In this document: piece by piece, positions 1 to 9,654 of the stretch
Position numbering within the stretch: position 1 is the first letter of the stretch
Layout of the letters: every line of letters begins with the position of its first letter
Assembly (NCBI GenBank): GCA_000092065.1
Contig: CP000581.1
Origin: Ostreococcus lucimarinus
Taxonomy: Eukaryota
Length of the DNA stretch: 64,000 bases
Strand: one strand, 5' to 3'
Program-made: the position numbers and the translations under genes
The notes under the pieces: model-generated
What the model was told of the DNA's origin: nothing
Seen by the model: the letters and a program-made list of their open reading frames with translations, nothing else
Databases searched by the model: none

Positions 1-2397
1 GCCATGGGTAAGATGCTCATCGATAGCAACCAGAACCCAGAGCACTTTTTGCTCACAAACGAGTACTACGAGTCCGCCATCGTCGGTCGCTACTGCGAGA
101 AGCGCGATCCGTACTTGGCGTGCGTAGCGTACAAGCGTGGCAACTGCGACGCAGAGTTGGTGGATTGCACGAACAGAAACAGTATGTTCAAGGTTCAGGC
201 GAGATATGTCGTCGAGCGTATGGACGCCGATCTCTGGGCATCTGTGTTGACGGAAGAAAACAAATACTGCCGCCAGCTTATCGACCAAGTCGTGTCTACC
301 GCACTCCCAGAAAGCAAGAACCCTGAGCAAGTTTCTGTGACCGTGAAGGCGTTCATGACGGCAGAAATGCCGCATGAACTCATCGAGTTGTTGGAGAAGA
401 TCGTGCTACAAAACAGCGCGTTCAGCAACAACCCGAACTTGCAAAACTTGCTCATCCTTACCGCCATCAAGGCGGACGCATCTCGCGTCATGGATTACGT
501 CAACCGACTCGACTCTTTCAACGGTCCGGAGGTCGGTGAGATTGCCGCCGGTAACGAGTTGTACGAAGAAGCCTTTGCCATCTTCAAGAAGTTTGATCTG
601 CATGTTGACGCGATGAAGATTCTTCTCGAGTCTCTCGAAGACCTCGATCGTGGCATCGAGTACGCGCGCAAGGTCGACTTACCCGAAGTTTGGGTCCAAA
701 TCGGCAAGGCGCAGCTCAAGGTTGGCACTCCGGAGGCGGTTAAAGCGGCCATCAAGTCGTACATCAAGGCGCAAGATGGGAGTGATTTCGTCGACGTCAT
801 TCACGCCGCGCGCCAAGCCGACATGTACGAAGACATGGTTCCATATTTGCTCATGGTGCGCAAGAACAAGAAAGAAGCTCGCGTCGATACTGAACTTGTG
901 TACGCGTACGCCAAGATCAACGATTTGGCCAAGCTCGAAGACTTTTTGGCTACGCCGAACAGCGCGAATCAGCAGTCCGTCGCCGACAGATGCTTTGGCG
1001 AAGGTTTGTACGAGGCTGCTCGACTTTTGTACACCGCGCTCAGCAACTGGGGCTGCCTTGCGAGCACTTTGCTCAAACTTCGCATGTTCCAAGGTGCAGT
1101 CGACGCCGCGAAGAAGGCTAACTCCCCGCGTACGTGGAAGGAAGTGTGCTTTACGTGTCTCGAAGAAGGCGAAAACAAGCTCGCGCAGCTCGCCGGTCTC
1201 AACATCATTATCCAAGCTGATGAACTCGATTCCGTCAGTGAGTACTACCAAGCGAATGGTAAGTTCACCGAGCTTATCCAGCTTATGGAAGCCGGCGTCG
1301 GCGTTGACCGGGCGCACATGGGTATTTTCACCGAGCTCGGCATCTTGTACGCCAACCACATGGCCGACAAGCTCATGGAACACATTCGTTTGTTCAGCGC
1401 GCGCATCAATATTCCGCGACTCATAACCACGTGCAACCACGTGGCGTTGTGGCCCGAGCTCGCGTATCTTTACAGGTGCTACGACGAGTACGATAACGCT
1501 TGCGAGGTGATGATGAAGCACCCCGACGCTTGGGAGCACGTGGTCTTCAAGGATGTGTGCGTCAAGCTTGCCAACGCGGACTTGTACTACCAGGCGATCG
1601 AGTTTTACCTTCGCGAGCACCCAACAGAGATGACCAATCTTCTCGGTGTACTTCAGTCGAGACTTGATCACTCTCGCGTGGTGTCGCTCATGCGCAAGGA
1701 GGGTAAGTTGGCCATGGTGAAGGAGTACCTTTTAGCTGTGCAGGGTGCAAACTTGACGGCGGTGAACGACGCCGTGAACGAACTCGCGATCGAAGAAGAA
1801 GATCACGCGGCGTTGAAGACTTCGCTCGATATGTACGACAATTGCGATCAACTATCTCTTGCGGTACAATGCGAGAGCCACGAACTGATCGAGTTCCGAA
1901 GAATTTCTTCGTACATCTATCAGCGCAACGCGCGATGGCAGCAAGCCATCGATCTTAGCAAGCGGGATGGGTTACTTAAGGACGCCATGGAAATCGCCGC
2001 GAAGAGTGGAGACGCGACCATCGTGGACGAACTTCTCGACTACTTCATCGATCAAGGCAACAAGGAGTGCTTCTCCGCCGCCTTGTGCACGTGCTACGAC
2101 TTGTTGAAGCCCGACGAAGTCATGCAAAAGGCATGGTTGAAGGGTCTTAGCGACTGGGTCATGCCTTACATGATTCAAGTCATGCGTGATATGAACGGTA
2201 AGTTGGAGATTTTGATGAAGGATAAGGCGGACCGCAACGAAGAAAAGGTGAACGAGGAGAAAGAGCGCGTCGCGGCCGAGATGAATAGCAACCTCTACGC
2301 GCAACTCATGCCTGCGGCGCTTCCGGCTCCGCCGATGCCGGGCATGCCGGGGTACGAGCAACCGCAACCGGGATACGGGCAACCGCAGTATTACTGA
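1..2397 (+). CDS. CHC: Clathrin heavy chain, C-terminal ~800 aa. The 5' part of the gene lies upstream of the window, and the ORF is open to position 1.
   Basis: Translation matches clathrin heavy-chain repeat region and trimerisation domain (…YCEKRDPYLACVAYKRGNCD…, C-terminal Pro/Gly/Gln-rich tail PGMPGYEQPQPGYGQPQYY). No start codon expected at position 4. Established family knowledge. Confidence 0.9.
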   Translation, partial: AMGKMLIDSNQNPEHFLLTNEYYESAIVGRYCEKRDPYLACVAYKRGNCDAELVDCTNRNSMFKVQARYVVERMDADLWASVLTEENKYCRQLIDQVVSTALPESKNPEQVSVTVKAFMTAEMPHELIELLEKIVLQNSAFSNNPNLQNLLILTAIKADASRVMDYVNRLDSFNGPEVGEIAAGNELYEEAFAIFKKFDLHVDAMKILLESLEDLDRGIEYARKVDLPEVWVQIGKAQLKVGTPEAVKAAIKSYIKAQDGSDFVDVIHAARQADMYEDMVPYLLMVRKNKKEARVDTELVYAYAKINDLAKLEDFLATPNSANQQSVADRCFGEGLYEAARLLYTALSNWGCLASTLLKLRMFQGAVDAAKKANSPRTWKEVCFTCLEEGENKLAQLAGLNIIIQADELDSVSEYYQANGKFTELIQLMEAGVGVDRAHMGIFTELGILYANHMADKLMEHIRLFSARINIPRLITTCNHVALWPELAYLYRCYDEYDNACEVMMKHPDAWEHVVFKDVCVKLANADLYYQAIEFYLREHPTEMTNLLGVLQSRLDHSRVVSLMRKEGKLAMVKEYLLAVQGANLTAVNDAVNELAIEEEDHAALKTSLDMYDNCDQLSLAVQCESHELIEFRRISSYIYQRNARWQQAIDLSKRDGLLKDAMEIAAKSGDATIVDELLDYFIDQGNKECFSAALCTCYDLLKPDEVMQKAWLKGLSDWVMPYMIQVMRDMNGKLEILMKDKADRNEEKVNEEKERVAAEMNSNLYAQLMPAALPAPPMPGMPGYEQPQPGYGQPQYY

Positions 2398-2453
2398 GGC
2401 ACATCATCTCAATAGCTCAGCGCGCGACTCGCGCGCGCACACTTAGTTCAGCA

Positions 2454-4262
2454 TTGAATAAAAGCGAAACTCAGACGCAAACGCAAACGTTCAGTGGTAT
2501 GGTAATCTCGGTCGCCGCGCGCGCCGCACAACGCGGCGCATCCCTGATCCGCTCGCCGTGCGCGCTCGAACGCGCCGCGCGCTCGAACAAAATGCCGCGC
2601 ATCGTGCGTGACGCGCCGCGCCTCGCCGCACCGCCCGCGTCGTCGCCACCCGTCGCCGTTCGCCGCCGACAGTTGCCACTCGGTCGACGTCACCGCGCCG
2701 CCGCGCTCTGCGTTTGCCGCGCGACGACGCCGCGGGAGATCGCGCGCGCGATCGAGGACGCTCCGTGGCGCGGTGGACTCGAACCAGCGGCGAACGCGCC
2801 GTGGACGGCGGCGGAAGTGGTGTCGGGACGGATACCGGCCGAGCTCGCGGGGACGCTCTATCGCGCGGGACCGGGACGGATTCGTCTGGGGGCGACCAAG
2901 TACGCGCATTGGTTCGATGGCGATGGGTACGTCACAGCGATCGAGATGGATGCCGATGCGAACACGGCGCGGTGCGCGGGGAAGTACGTGGAGACGGCGA
3001 GATGGACGAAGCAGCGGGCACGCGACGGCGGCGATGGGACAAACGACGACGCGGTCGGGAGCAGCGGCGTCGCGGTCCGAGGAGCGTGGACTCAAGCGAG
3101 CGGAATGATGGCAAATTTAGGACGGTTTCCGACGAACCCGTCGAACACGTCCATCATCGTGCACGCGGGGAAGGTTTTGGCGTGTTGCGAAGGCGGCGCG
3201 CCGGTGGCGATCGATCCGGCGTCGCTCGCGACGAGAGGTGAAGTCGTCTTCGGACCGAGTCTTCCGATGGGTTTCAGCGCGCACAGTAAGCAGGACCCGC
3301 GCGATGGAACGTTGTACACGTGGGGGTTGAAAAAGCCGCCGTTCATAGGTATTTCTGTCGGCAAGGTGAACGCCGCGGGCGAAGTGATGCAAGTCGCCGA
3401 CATGCCGTTTCCGCGAGCGGCGCCAGAATTTGCATTGTTACACGACTGCGCGATGAGCGAAAATTACTTGACGTTTTTCATGTGCCCGTGGGAGTTACCG
3501 AACGACGCCATCGTGGGTGCACTCAGCGGGATGAAGTCTTTCGGACACTCGTTCAAATGGAGCGACGAACGCGAGACGTGGATGGTCGTGCTGAGGAAAT
3601 CAGATTTAAGCGTCGTGCACGCGAAAAACGTGCCTTCGTTTTCGAGTTATCACACGTGCGACGCTTACGAAGAGAACGGAAAACTCAAGGTGCTTTACGG
3701 CAAGCTCAGAGGCGATCGCACCGGGCTCGAAAAGAATTTTGGCGACATGTACGCCGCCGTGTGGTCGTCGCGACATTACAACGATTTGCACGAGATGACG
3801 ATCGATATCGCCACCGGTAACGTCACAGACGCGCTCGCGATGCCGACGAACGCCGATGGCGAACGAGATATGACGAAAATGATCGGCATGGAGTTCCCTG
3901 TGGTTTCTCCGCGAACGATGAGCCGCCGCAAACCAAAGTACGTGTACACGCTCGCGAATTCGTGCGGCGAGCACGGCTACTTTGACTCCATTCAAAAACT
4001 CAATCTCGAGACGCAAAAGGCCGAGACGCGCTTGAGCGCCCTCGGTCACTACCCACACGAGTGCGAATTCATCCCCAAGACGAACGCCGACGACGAGGAC
4101 GCCGGATACCTCGCGTACGTCGAGTACGACGTCTCGCGCGACGCCGCAAACGTCGTCGTCCTCGACGCCCAGCGCTTCACCGAAGTCGACCCCGTGGCCG
4201 TCATCGCCCTCCCCATGCACGTTCCGTACACCTTTCACGGCACCTTCGCGCGACGCGCGTGA
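2454..4262 (+). CDS. Carotenoid cleavage dioxygenase (RPE65/CCD family) with N-terminal transit-peptide-like extension. The real start is probably a downstream Met (2499 or 2592).
   Basis: Motifs typical of carotenoid oxygenases: AHWFDGDGYV, the four conserved His regions (HSKQDP, HDCAMSENY, HTCDAYEE, HVPYTFHGTF). R/A/S-rich N-terminus. Only 56 bp after the clathrin stop, so the annotated first Met is doubtful. Confidence 0.85.
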   Translation: MNKSETQTQTQTFSGMVISVAARAAQRGASLIRSPCALERAARSNKMPRIVRDAPRLAAPPASSPPVAVRRRQLPLGRRHRAAALCVCRATTPREIARAIEDAPWRGGLEPAANAPWTAAEVVSGRIPAELAGTLYRAGPGRIRLGATKYAHWFDGDGYVTAIEMDADANTARCAGKYVETARWTKQRARDGGDGTNDDAVGSSGVAVRGAWTQASGMMANLGRFPTNPSNTSIIVHAGKVLACCEGGAPVAIDPASLATRGEVVFGPSLPMGFSAHSKQDPRDGTLYTWGLKKPPFIGISVGKVNAAGEVMQVADMPFPRAAPEFALLHDCAMSENYLTFFMCPWELPNDAIVGALSGMKSFGHSFKWSDERETWMVVLRKSDLSVVHAKNVPSFSSYHTCDAYEENGKLKVLYGKLRGDRTGLEKNFGDMYAAVWSSRHYNDLHEMTIDIATGNVTDALAMPTNADGERDMTKMIGMEFPVVSPRTMSRRKPKYVYTLANSCGEHGYFDSIQKLNLETQKAETRLSALGHYPHECEFIPKTNADDEDAGYLAYVEYDVSRDAANVVVLDAQRFTEVDPVAVIALPMHVPYTFHGTFARRA

Positions 4263-4464
4263 CGCGCGTCGTCTTCGTGTTGTAACTCTAGCGCCCGGAT
4301 CTTTCAGTCTTCGCGTCAACCGTCAGTCGTCGGTTGTTAGTTGGTCGTTAGTTCCGTCGCGTCGCGCGCCGCCGCGCGCCCGTAACATCGAGGCGCCGAA
4401 AGAATTCGAGCGCGCGAAAACAATCGTCGCGAACGTTCGTGCGTCGAGATCGCGGCTGGATACA

Positions 4465-6003
4465 GTGAAGATACGATTGCAATTTTTGTCCCGCGCGGTC
4501 GCCGCGCCAGAAATAGCCTCGCGGCGCATGCGCGCCGCGGTCGCGCGCGGCGTCGTCGCGCGGGCGGCGCGCGCGCGGCGCGCGACGCGCGAACCCGCGC
4601 GCGACGCGCGACGCGCGACGCGAGGAACCGCGGCGCGCGCGCGACGCGACGAACGCGCGAACGCCTCGGCGGCGGACGCGGTCGCGGTCGACGGGACGGT
4701 CGACGACGACGCGCGCGCGGTCGATAGCGCCGAGACGGCGGCGCGCGCGGTGAAAACGCCGCACAGTGGATACCATCGACAGCGCGGCGTCGCGCGGGCG
4801 TTCTTCGAGGGATGGTACTTTCGGTTCACGCTGCCGAGCGCGAAGGCGTCGGCGAGTCTGATTTATCACGTGTACGACCCGGATTTGCCCGAGTCCGCGC
4901 GGGGAGGGGCGGGCGCGCAGGTGTGCGCGCCGTGTGGGAAATATTTGTACTTTGAACAAGGCGCGGAGGAGGCGCGCGCGGGATTCGAGGGGGCGGCGCA
5001 CGCGTTGGAATTGAAATCGACGCGCGGCGACGATTTCTTCGAGGTGTCGCGCGAGGGCGCGAGACATCGAGGAAGGTTGACGAGCGAGGGAGAGAGCGAG
5101 GAAGGGCCGTGGGGCGGAGGACGCGCGGCGAAGAGCGTGCGATGGGACATCACGGTGACGCCGCTTCGAGGATGGGGGGGAGGACCGGGGGCGAAGATGG
5201 TGTCGCCCGCGGGCTGGATGACGGCGCTGCCGGTGTTCGAGCCGCATTGGCAAGTCACCATGGCGCACGGATTGGCGAGCGGATGGATCGAAACCGACGG
5301 CGAGCGCGTTGAGTTTAGCGATTGCCCGGCGTACAGCGAGAAGAATTGGGGCGGCGCTGGGTTTCCGTTGAAATGGTGGTGGGTGCAGTGCAACTCGTTC
5401 GCGGATTATCCCGATTTGAGCGTAACCGCGACTGGAGGGAACCGAGGCGTCGTCGTGCTCCCGAACGTTCGCGAAGACGTCGGTCTGGTAGGCGTGCACT
5501 TCGGCGATCGATTTTTTCAATTCGTTCCCGCGCAGCAAGTGGAGGTTGACTCGACGTCGGCGTACGGCGCCGAGTCGGCGTTGGAGGCGAGCGCCGTTCG
5601 ATGGGACGTCGAGTGGGGTCGGTGGAGCGTCACCGCCGTCGGTGAACGATACGAGTGCTCGATAGAAGGGACGTGCACGAACGACGACAAATCCACCGTC
5701 ATTCGCGCGCCTTCGGACAGCTTGGACGAGGGTATGGCGCCGTCGTGCCGCGAGACGTTCACGGGCGTCGTCGTCGTATCCCTTTGGCGTCTCAACGACC
5801 GCGGCGAGCGCGTCGAGACCATCATCGACGCCGCTACGAGCGATACCGCATGTCTAGAAATCGGCGGCGGACCTTGGATCGGACCCTGGCGCTCGGCTGC
5901 GGAGATCCGCTCGCCGCTCGGCCCGCTCATGGGTTTGCCCGTCGACGTGCGCGCCGTGGCGAGTTTGCTCTCACCCTTCGGCGACGTCCTTCCCGGGCTG
6001 TGA
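4465..6003 (+). CDS. VTE1: Tocopherol cyclase (VTE1/SXD1 family), plastid-targeted
   Basis: Strong matches to tocopherol cyclase signatures: PHSGYH…FFEGWYFR, PVFEPHWQV, YSEKNWGG.FP.KWWWVQCN, EIGGGPW.GPW, C-terminal …PFGDVLPGL. Arg/Ala-rich N-terminal ~100 aa transit-peptide-like. Confidence 0.85.
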   Translation: MKIRLQFLSRAVAAPEIASRRMRAAVARGVVARAARARRATREPARDARRATRGTAARARRDERANASAADAVAVDGTVDDDARAVDSAETAARAVKTPHSGYHRQRGVARAFFEGWYFRFTLPSAKASASLIYHVYDPDLPESARGGAGAQVCAPCGKYLYFEQGAEEARAGFEGAAHALELKSTRGDDFFEVSREGARHRGRLTSEGESEEGPWGGGRAAKSVRWDITVTPLRGWGGGPGAKMVSPAGWMTALPVFEPHWQVTMAHGLASGWIETDGERVEFSDCPAYSEKNWGGAGFPLKWWWVQCNSFADYPDLSVTATGGNRGVVVLPNVREDVGLVGVHFGDRFFQFVPAQQVEVDSTSAYGAESALEASAVRWDVEWGRWSVTAVGERYECSIEGTCTNDDKSTVIRAPSDSLDEGMAPSCRETFTGVVVVSLWRLNDRGERVETIIDAATSDTACLEIGGGPWIGPWRSAAEIRSPLGPLMGLPVDVRAVASLLSPFGDVLPGL

Positions 6004-6051
6004 CCCTCGCTCGCGTCGCGCGTCATTGTAACCATTCTTTTTGCGCGCGAT

Positions 6052-7806
6052 GTGCGGTCTCACGCGCCCCGCGCGCGCCGCCCCGCTCCCGCGCGTCCAA
6101 CCGTCGCCGCCGCGCGCCGCACACGCCGTCGCGCCATGCCGCGCGCGTTCGCCCGCGTCGTCCTCGCGCGCGCGCTCGCCGCCGCGCGCGCCCCCGTCGC
6201 GCACGCCGCGCGTCGTCTCGCCGTCGCGCGTCCGCCCTGCGCCGCGAAATCCACCGCCGCCGCCGCCGCGTCCGACCGCGGCGACGTTCGCGTCGGCGAC
6301 GAAGTCTCCGTGGAGTGCGTCGATTTCGCCACGTCGGGCGAGGGCGTGTGCAAGCTCGCGAATGGGATGGTTTTGCTCTGCGACGGCGCGACGCCCGGAG
6401 AGGTGGTGCGCGCGCGGGTGACGAAGCTGCGGAAGAAGCTGGCGCACGGCGCGAAGACGGCGACGGAACGCGCGGCGCCGAACGCGGTGACGGCGCCGTG
6501 CCCGCACCACGAACAGTGCGGAGGGTGCGCGTGGCAGCACGTGAATTACGACGCGCAGGTGGGGCATAAGCGGAATCGGGTGGTGGACGTGCTGGCGAGA
6601 ATATATAAAGCGGGCGAGGACGCCGAGGCGAAAGTCGGCGCGTGCGTCGGCGCGGACGAGACGTCGAGGTATAGGAATAAAATGGAGTTCGCGTTCGCGA
6701 GTGGAACGAGAGGAAAGACGGTCGTCGGGTTGCGACCGCGAGGGGCGAACGATTCGGTGGTGGATTTAAGCGGTGGATGTCTGTTGCAGAGCGAGGAGGC
6801 GGATCGCGTGTTGGCGGCGATTCGGGAGACGCTGGAACGCGCGGACGGGCGCTTGGAGGCGTTCGATCGCACGAGCGGCGAAGGCACCCTTAGAAGCGTG
6901 ACGATTCGCACGGCTGGTGGCGAGCGCGGCGGTGAGAAGGCTGTGATGGTCGATTTAGCGACGACGGCTTCGCCGAACGAACTGAAAACGGGACCGCTCG
7001 CGGGACTCATCGACGTCGTCTCGAAGGTACCGGGCGTGGTGTCCGTGGTGCACACTTCCGTGCCGAGCGAAGCCGAACTCCGACGCGCGGGCGGTGGACG
7101 CTCGTCAAAGTTCGTCAAGGGTGGCACGACGACGAAGGCTGGGTCAACTAAGAAAGTCGAGGCGGTGTTCGGCGAGAACAAATTAGTCGAAACGCTCAAC
7201 GGCATCGACTTTGAACTTTCTTCGGCGTCCTTCTTTCAGACCAACACTGAGCAGGCTGCGAGATTGGTGCGACAGGTTCGCGAGGCGTGCGCTTTCAGCG
7301 GCGATAAGTCTGAGATCGTGCTCGACCTGTTTTGCGGTGTCGGTACGATGGGACTCAGCGTCGCGAGCGACTGCTCGCGAGTGATGGGATGGGAAGTCGT
7401 TCCAGAGGCGGTGAAAGACGCGAAACGCAACGCCGAGCTGAACAACATCACGAACGCCAAATTCTATCGCGTTGATTTGGCGAGATTAAATCCGTCCAAA
7501 GGCCCGAAAGGTCTTCTCACGACGCCGAAAGGCAAAGAGCTTCCCATGCCGGACATCGTCATCACGGACCCGGCGAGGCCTGGTATGGACTCCGCACTCA
7601 TCGCGATCCTGCGCACAATCGGTGCTCGGCGTATCGTCTACGTGTCGTGTAATCCCGCGACGCAAGCGCGAGACTTGCTACTTCTCACGGCGCCGTCGGA
7701 GGGCGCGGACGACGTCGCGTACGAGCTCAAAACCGTCACGCCCGTCGATATGTTTCCTCACACGACGCACGTCGAGTCCGTCGCCGTGCTCGAACGCAAA
7801 GCTTAG
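6052..7806 (+). CDS. RNA (uracil-5)-methyltransferase of the RumA/RlmD/TrmA family, with TRAM domain and Fe-S Cys cluster. Organelle-targeted. The start may be the Met at 6136.
   Basis: TRAM-like OB fold (VGDEVSVECVDFATSGEGVC…), four-Cys cluster CPHHEQCGGCAWQH, SAM-MTase motifs (LDLFCGVGT…, ITDPARPG, C-terminal …YVSCNPAT). Established family. Confidence 0.8.
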   Translation: MRSHAPRARRPAPARPTVAAARRTRRRAMPRAFARVVLARALAAARAPVAHAARRLAVARPPCAAKSTAAAAASDRGDVRVGDEVSVECVDFATSGEGVCKLANGMVLLCDGATPGEVVRARVTKLRKKLAHGAKTATERAAPNAVTAPCPHHEQCGGCAWQHVNYDAQVGHKRNRVVDVLARIYKAGEDAEAKVGACVGADETSRYRNKMEFAFASGTRGKTVVGLRPRGANDSVVDLSGGCLLQSEEADRVLAAIRETLERADGRLEAFDRTSGEGTLRSVTIRTAGGERGGEKAVMVDLATTASPNELKTGPLAGLIDVVSKVPGVVSVVHTSVPSEAELRRAGGGRSSKFVKGGTTTKAGSTKKVEAVFGENKLVETLNGIDFELSSASFFQTNTEQAARLVRQVREACAFSGDKSEIVLDLFCGVGTMGLSVASDCSRVMGWEVVPEAVKDAKRNAELNNITNAKFYRVDLARLNPSKGPKGLLTTPKGKELPMPDIVITDPARPGMDSALIAILRTIGARRIVYVSCNPATQARDLLLLTAPSEGADDVAYELKTVTPVDMFPHTTHVESVAVLERKA

Positions 7807-7858
7807 TATCGCTAAACAAATTCGTCTGTTGTTACATTATTCTTAGTCGCACAAGTTC

Positions 7859-8566
7859 TCACCGTCGCACATCCGTCGCCGCCGCCGCCGCCGCCGCGCG
7901 CGCGCCGAAATCGGCGCTCTTCCGAAACGCGACGCTCTCCCCAGTCTTCACGTTCCGATACACGACGCCTTTCCCCGCCATCACGCTCGTCTCCATTCGA
8001 CCGAGCATCAACAAGTACCCCCACTCGCTCGCGATTCTCTGCGTGAAGACGCGATGCCAGCCCACCTCGCCCGCCGCCCAGTCTCGCAGCGGTCGCTCGC
8101 AATCCGCCAGCGTCCCTTCGCGCGCGCCCACGCGCCAGAGCAAGTGCGCGAACGCCGGCGCGCACTCCGCGCACAGCCGTTCGAGCTGTTCGGCGCCGCC
8201 CAGGGCGTTCGCCGCGCGTTCGATCGCCGCGCGCGTCGCCGACGTGTCCAGCGTCAGCAGCCCCGGGCGCTCGACGGCGAGCTCGAACGCGTGGCGCGCG
8301 CACGCGCGCGGCAGCGCCGAGCTCAGGGCGTACACGCGCTCGGTGAGCACGCTGAGCGGAACGTCGTCGCGCACGGCGCGCCCTTCCACCGTGTGATCGA
8401 GCTGCTGAAGCGCGCGGTCGTCGAGGCCTAAAATCGCTCGAAGCGACGCGACGCGCGCGGCGGAGGACGGCGCGTCGGCGGAGGACGCGCGGACGCGAGC
8501 GCTCGCGCGTCGCGCGCGAACGGAGACGACGCGCGCGACGCGGACGCGCGGGGCGAGGCGGGACAT
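7859..8566 (-). CDS. Hypothetical protein with Arg-rich presequence-like N-terminus
   Basis: 235-aa ORF with coding-like composition (W, Y, F, codon third-position GC) between flanking genes. No recognisable domain by eye. Confidence 0.4.
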   Translation of the reverse strand: MSRLAPRVRVARVVSVRARRASARVRASSADAPSSAARVASLRAILGLDDRALQQLDHTVEGRAVRDDVPLSVLTERVYALSSALPRACARHAFELAVERPGLLTLDTSATRAAIERAANALGGAEQLERLCAECAPAFAHLLWRVGAREGTLADCERPLRDWAAGEVGWHRVFTQRIASEWGYLLMLGRMETSVMAGKGVVYRNVKTGESVAFRKSADFGARAAAAAAATDVRR

Positions 8567-8674
8567 GCGTCGGCTTGTGCCGCGGGAGCGGGCGTGGCGC
8601 GCTGCGCCGCTACGTTACAAATGTCTCGCTACTGTGTGATGATGCGGTTCCGGTGGCACCGTCGCGCTGTCTAT

Positions 8675-9442
8675 TTACCTACGACTGTTGCTTCGCGTCG
8701 CGCGCCCAGCGGACGCGCGCGGACTCGCGAGCGCGCCGACGCCGTCGTCGCCGTTCGCGAGTTCGACGAACGCCTTGCGCGCGTCCCGCACAAACTTCCC
8801 GAAATCATTCGAACGGTTACACTCCGCGAGCAACGCGTCGATCGACGCTAACATCGGCGCGCACTCCATCACCTCGTACGCCGTCCCGCGCAATCGCACC
8901 GCGAACGTAAACTCTCGCTCCGGCGCGCGCGCGTCGACGTATTTAAACACCAACCGCAACCGCTCCGCCTCGCCGTATTCAAATCTCAATCCCAATCGTT
9001 CCGCGTACATCGCGCTCGCCCCCCTCAGCGCGTCCAATTTTGCCATCGCGCTCGTTCCCGTCGCTTTATTTTTCGCGTGTTCGATCGCCGTCCGTTCCTC
9101 CCCGACGCGTTCGCGCAGCGCCGCCAACTGCTCGGGCAGTCCTTCCGCCAGTTCTCTCGCCGCGTTCGTCTCTTCGAGCGCCTGTTCCGCCTCCATCTCG
9201 TACCGCTCCGCTTCGCGCGCGTTATCAGCCGCGCGTTCGCTCAGCTCTCGCTCGCGATTGATCAGCGCGTCGTACTCGCGCTCGAGCTTTAAGATTTGTC
9301 GGTCGTGCGCATCCTTCAAACGTCTTTCGCGCGCGACGTTTTCGCCGACCCAGCCGTCGATGATGTCGCGGAACTCGGCGAGCTCGCGCTCGAGATCGGC
9401 GACGTCGACGTCGCGGTGGCGCGCGGCGCGGTTGGGGGGCAT
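8675..9442 (-). CDS. Coiled-coil plus RWD-like C-terminal domain protein. Resembles kinetochore protein Spc25.
   Basis: N-terminal heptad-rich region followed by LRFEY…LVFKYVD…EFTFAVRL…YEVMECAP, reminiscent of the Spc25 C-terminal RWD fold. Assigned from remembered motifs only. Confidence 0.45.
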   Translation of the reverse strand: MPPNRAARHRDVDVADLERELAEFRDIIDGWVGENVARERRLKDAHDRQILKLEREYDALINRERELSERAADNAREAERYEMEAEQALEETNAARELAEGLPEQLAALRERVGEERTAIEHAKNKATGTSAMAKLDALRGASAMYAERLGLRFEYGEAERLRLVFKYVDARAPEREFTFAVRLRGTAYEVMECAPMLASIDALLAECNRSNDFGKFVRDARKAFVELANGDDGVGALASPRASAGRATRSNSRR

Positions 9443-9654
9443 GACGACCGCGCGCGGTGGTGCGACGCGTCCGTGAATGCCGATTCGAGACGGACGACGT
9501 TTGAAAATTTGGATCTTCGAGCGGCGCGAGGACGCGCGCGAACGAGGGCTCGAATTCGCGCGCGGAGTCGACGCCGCGAGCGATGCGCGAAATAATGGGT
9601 TCGATAAACAAAGGATACGCGTCGAGAATGGGTTCGATCGCGAGAGAACGCGCG

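Noticed and set aside
679-1671. Long ORFs antisense to the clathrin gene (330 aa on the minus strand), and similar antisense ORFs throughout. Examples: 2448–3095 (−), 4348–5538 (−) upstream part, 19594–20826 (−), 29631–31181 (+), 51910–53034 (+) leader, 59400–60827 (−), 34381–35358 (+) leader.
   Set aside because: Their translations are R/A/S/P/G-rich low-complexity, and they overlap genes with strong family-level identity on the other strand. High GC with a codon third-position bias keeps antisense frames open by chance.
2774-2790. tRNA-like motif ggactcgaacc
   Set aside because: It lies inside the CCD coding region (encodes …GGLEPAA…). There is no cloverleaf context, so this is coincidence.
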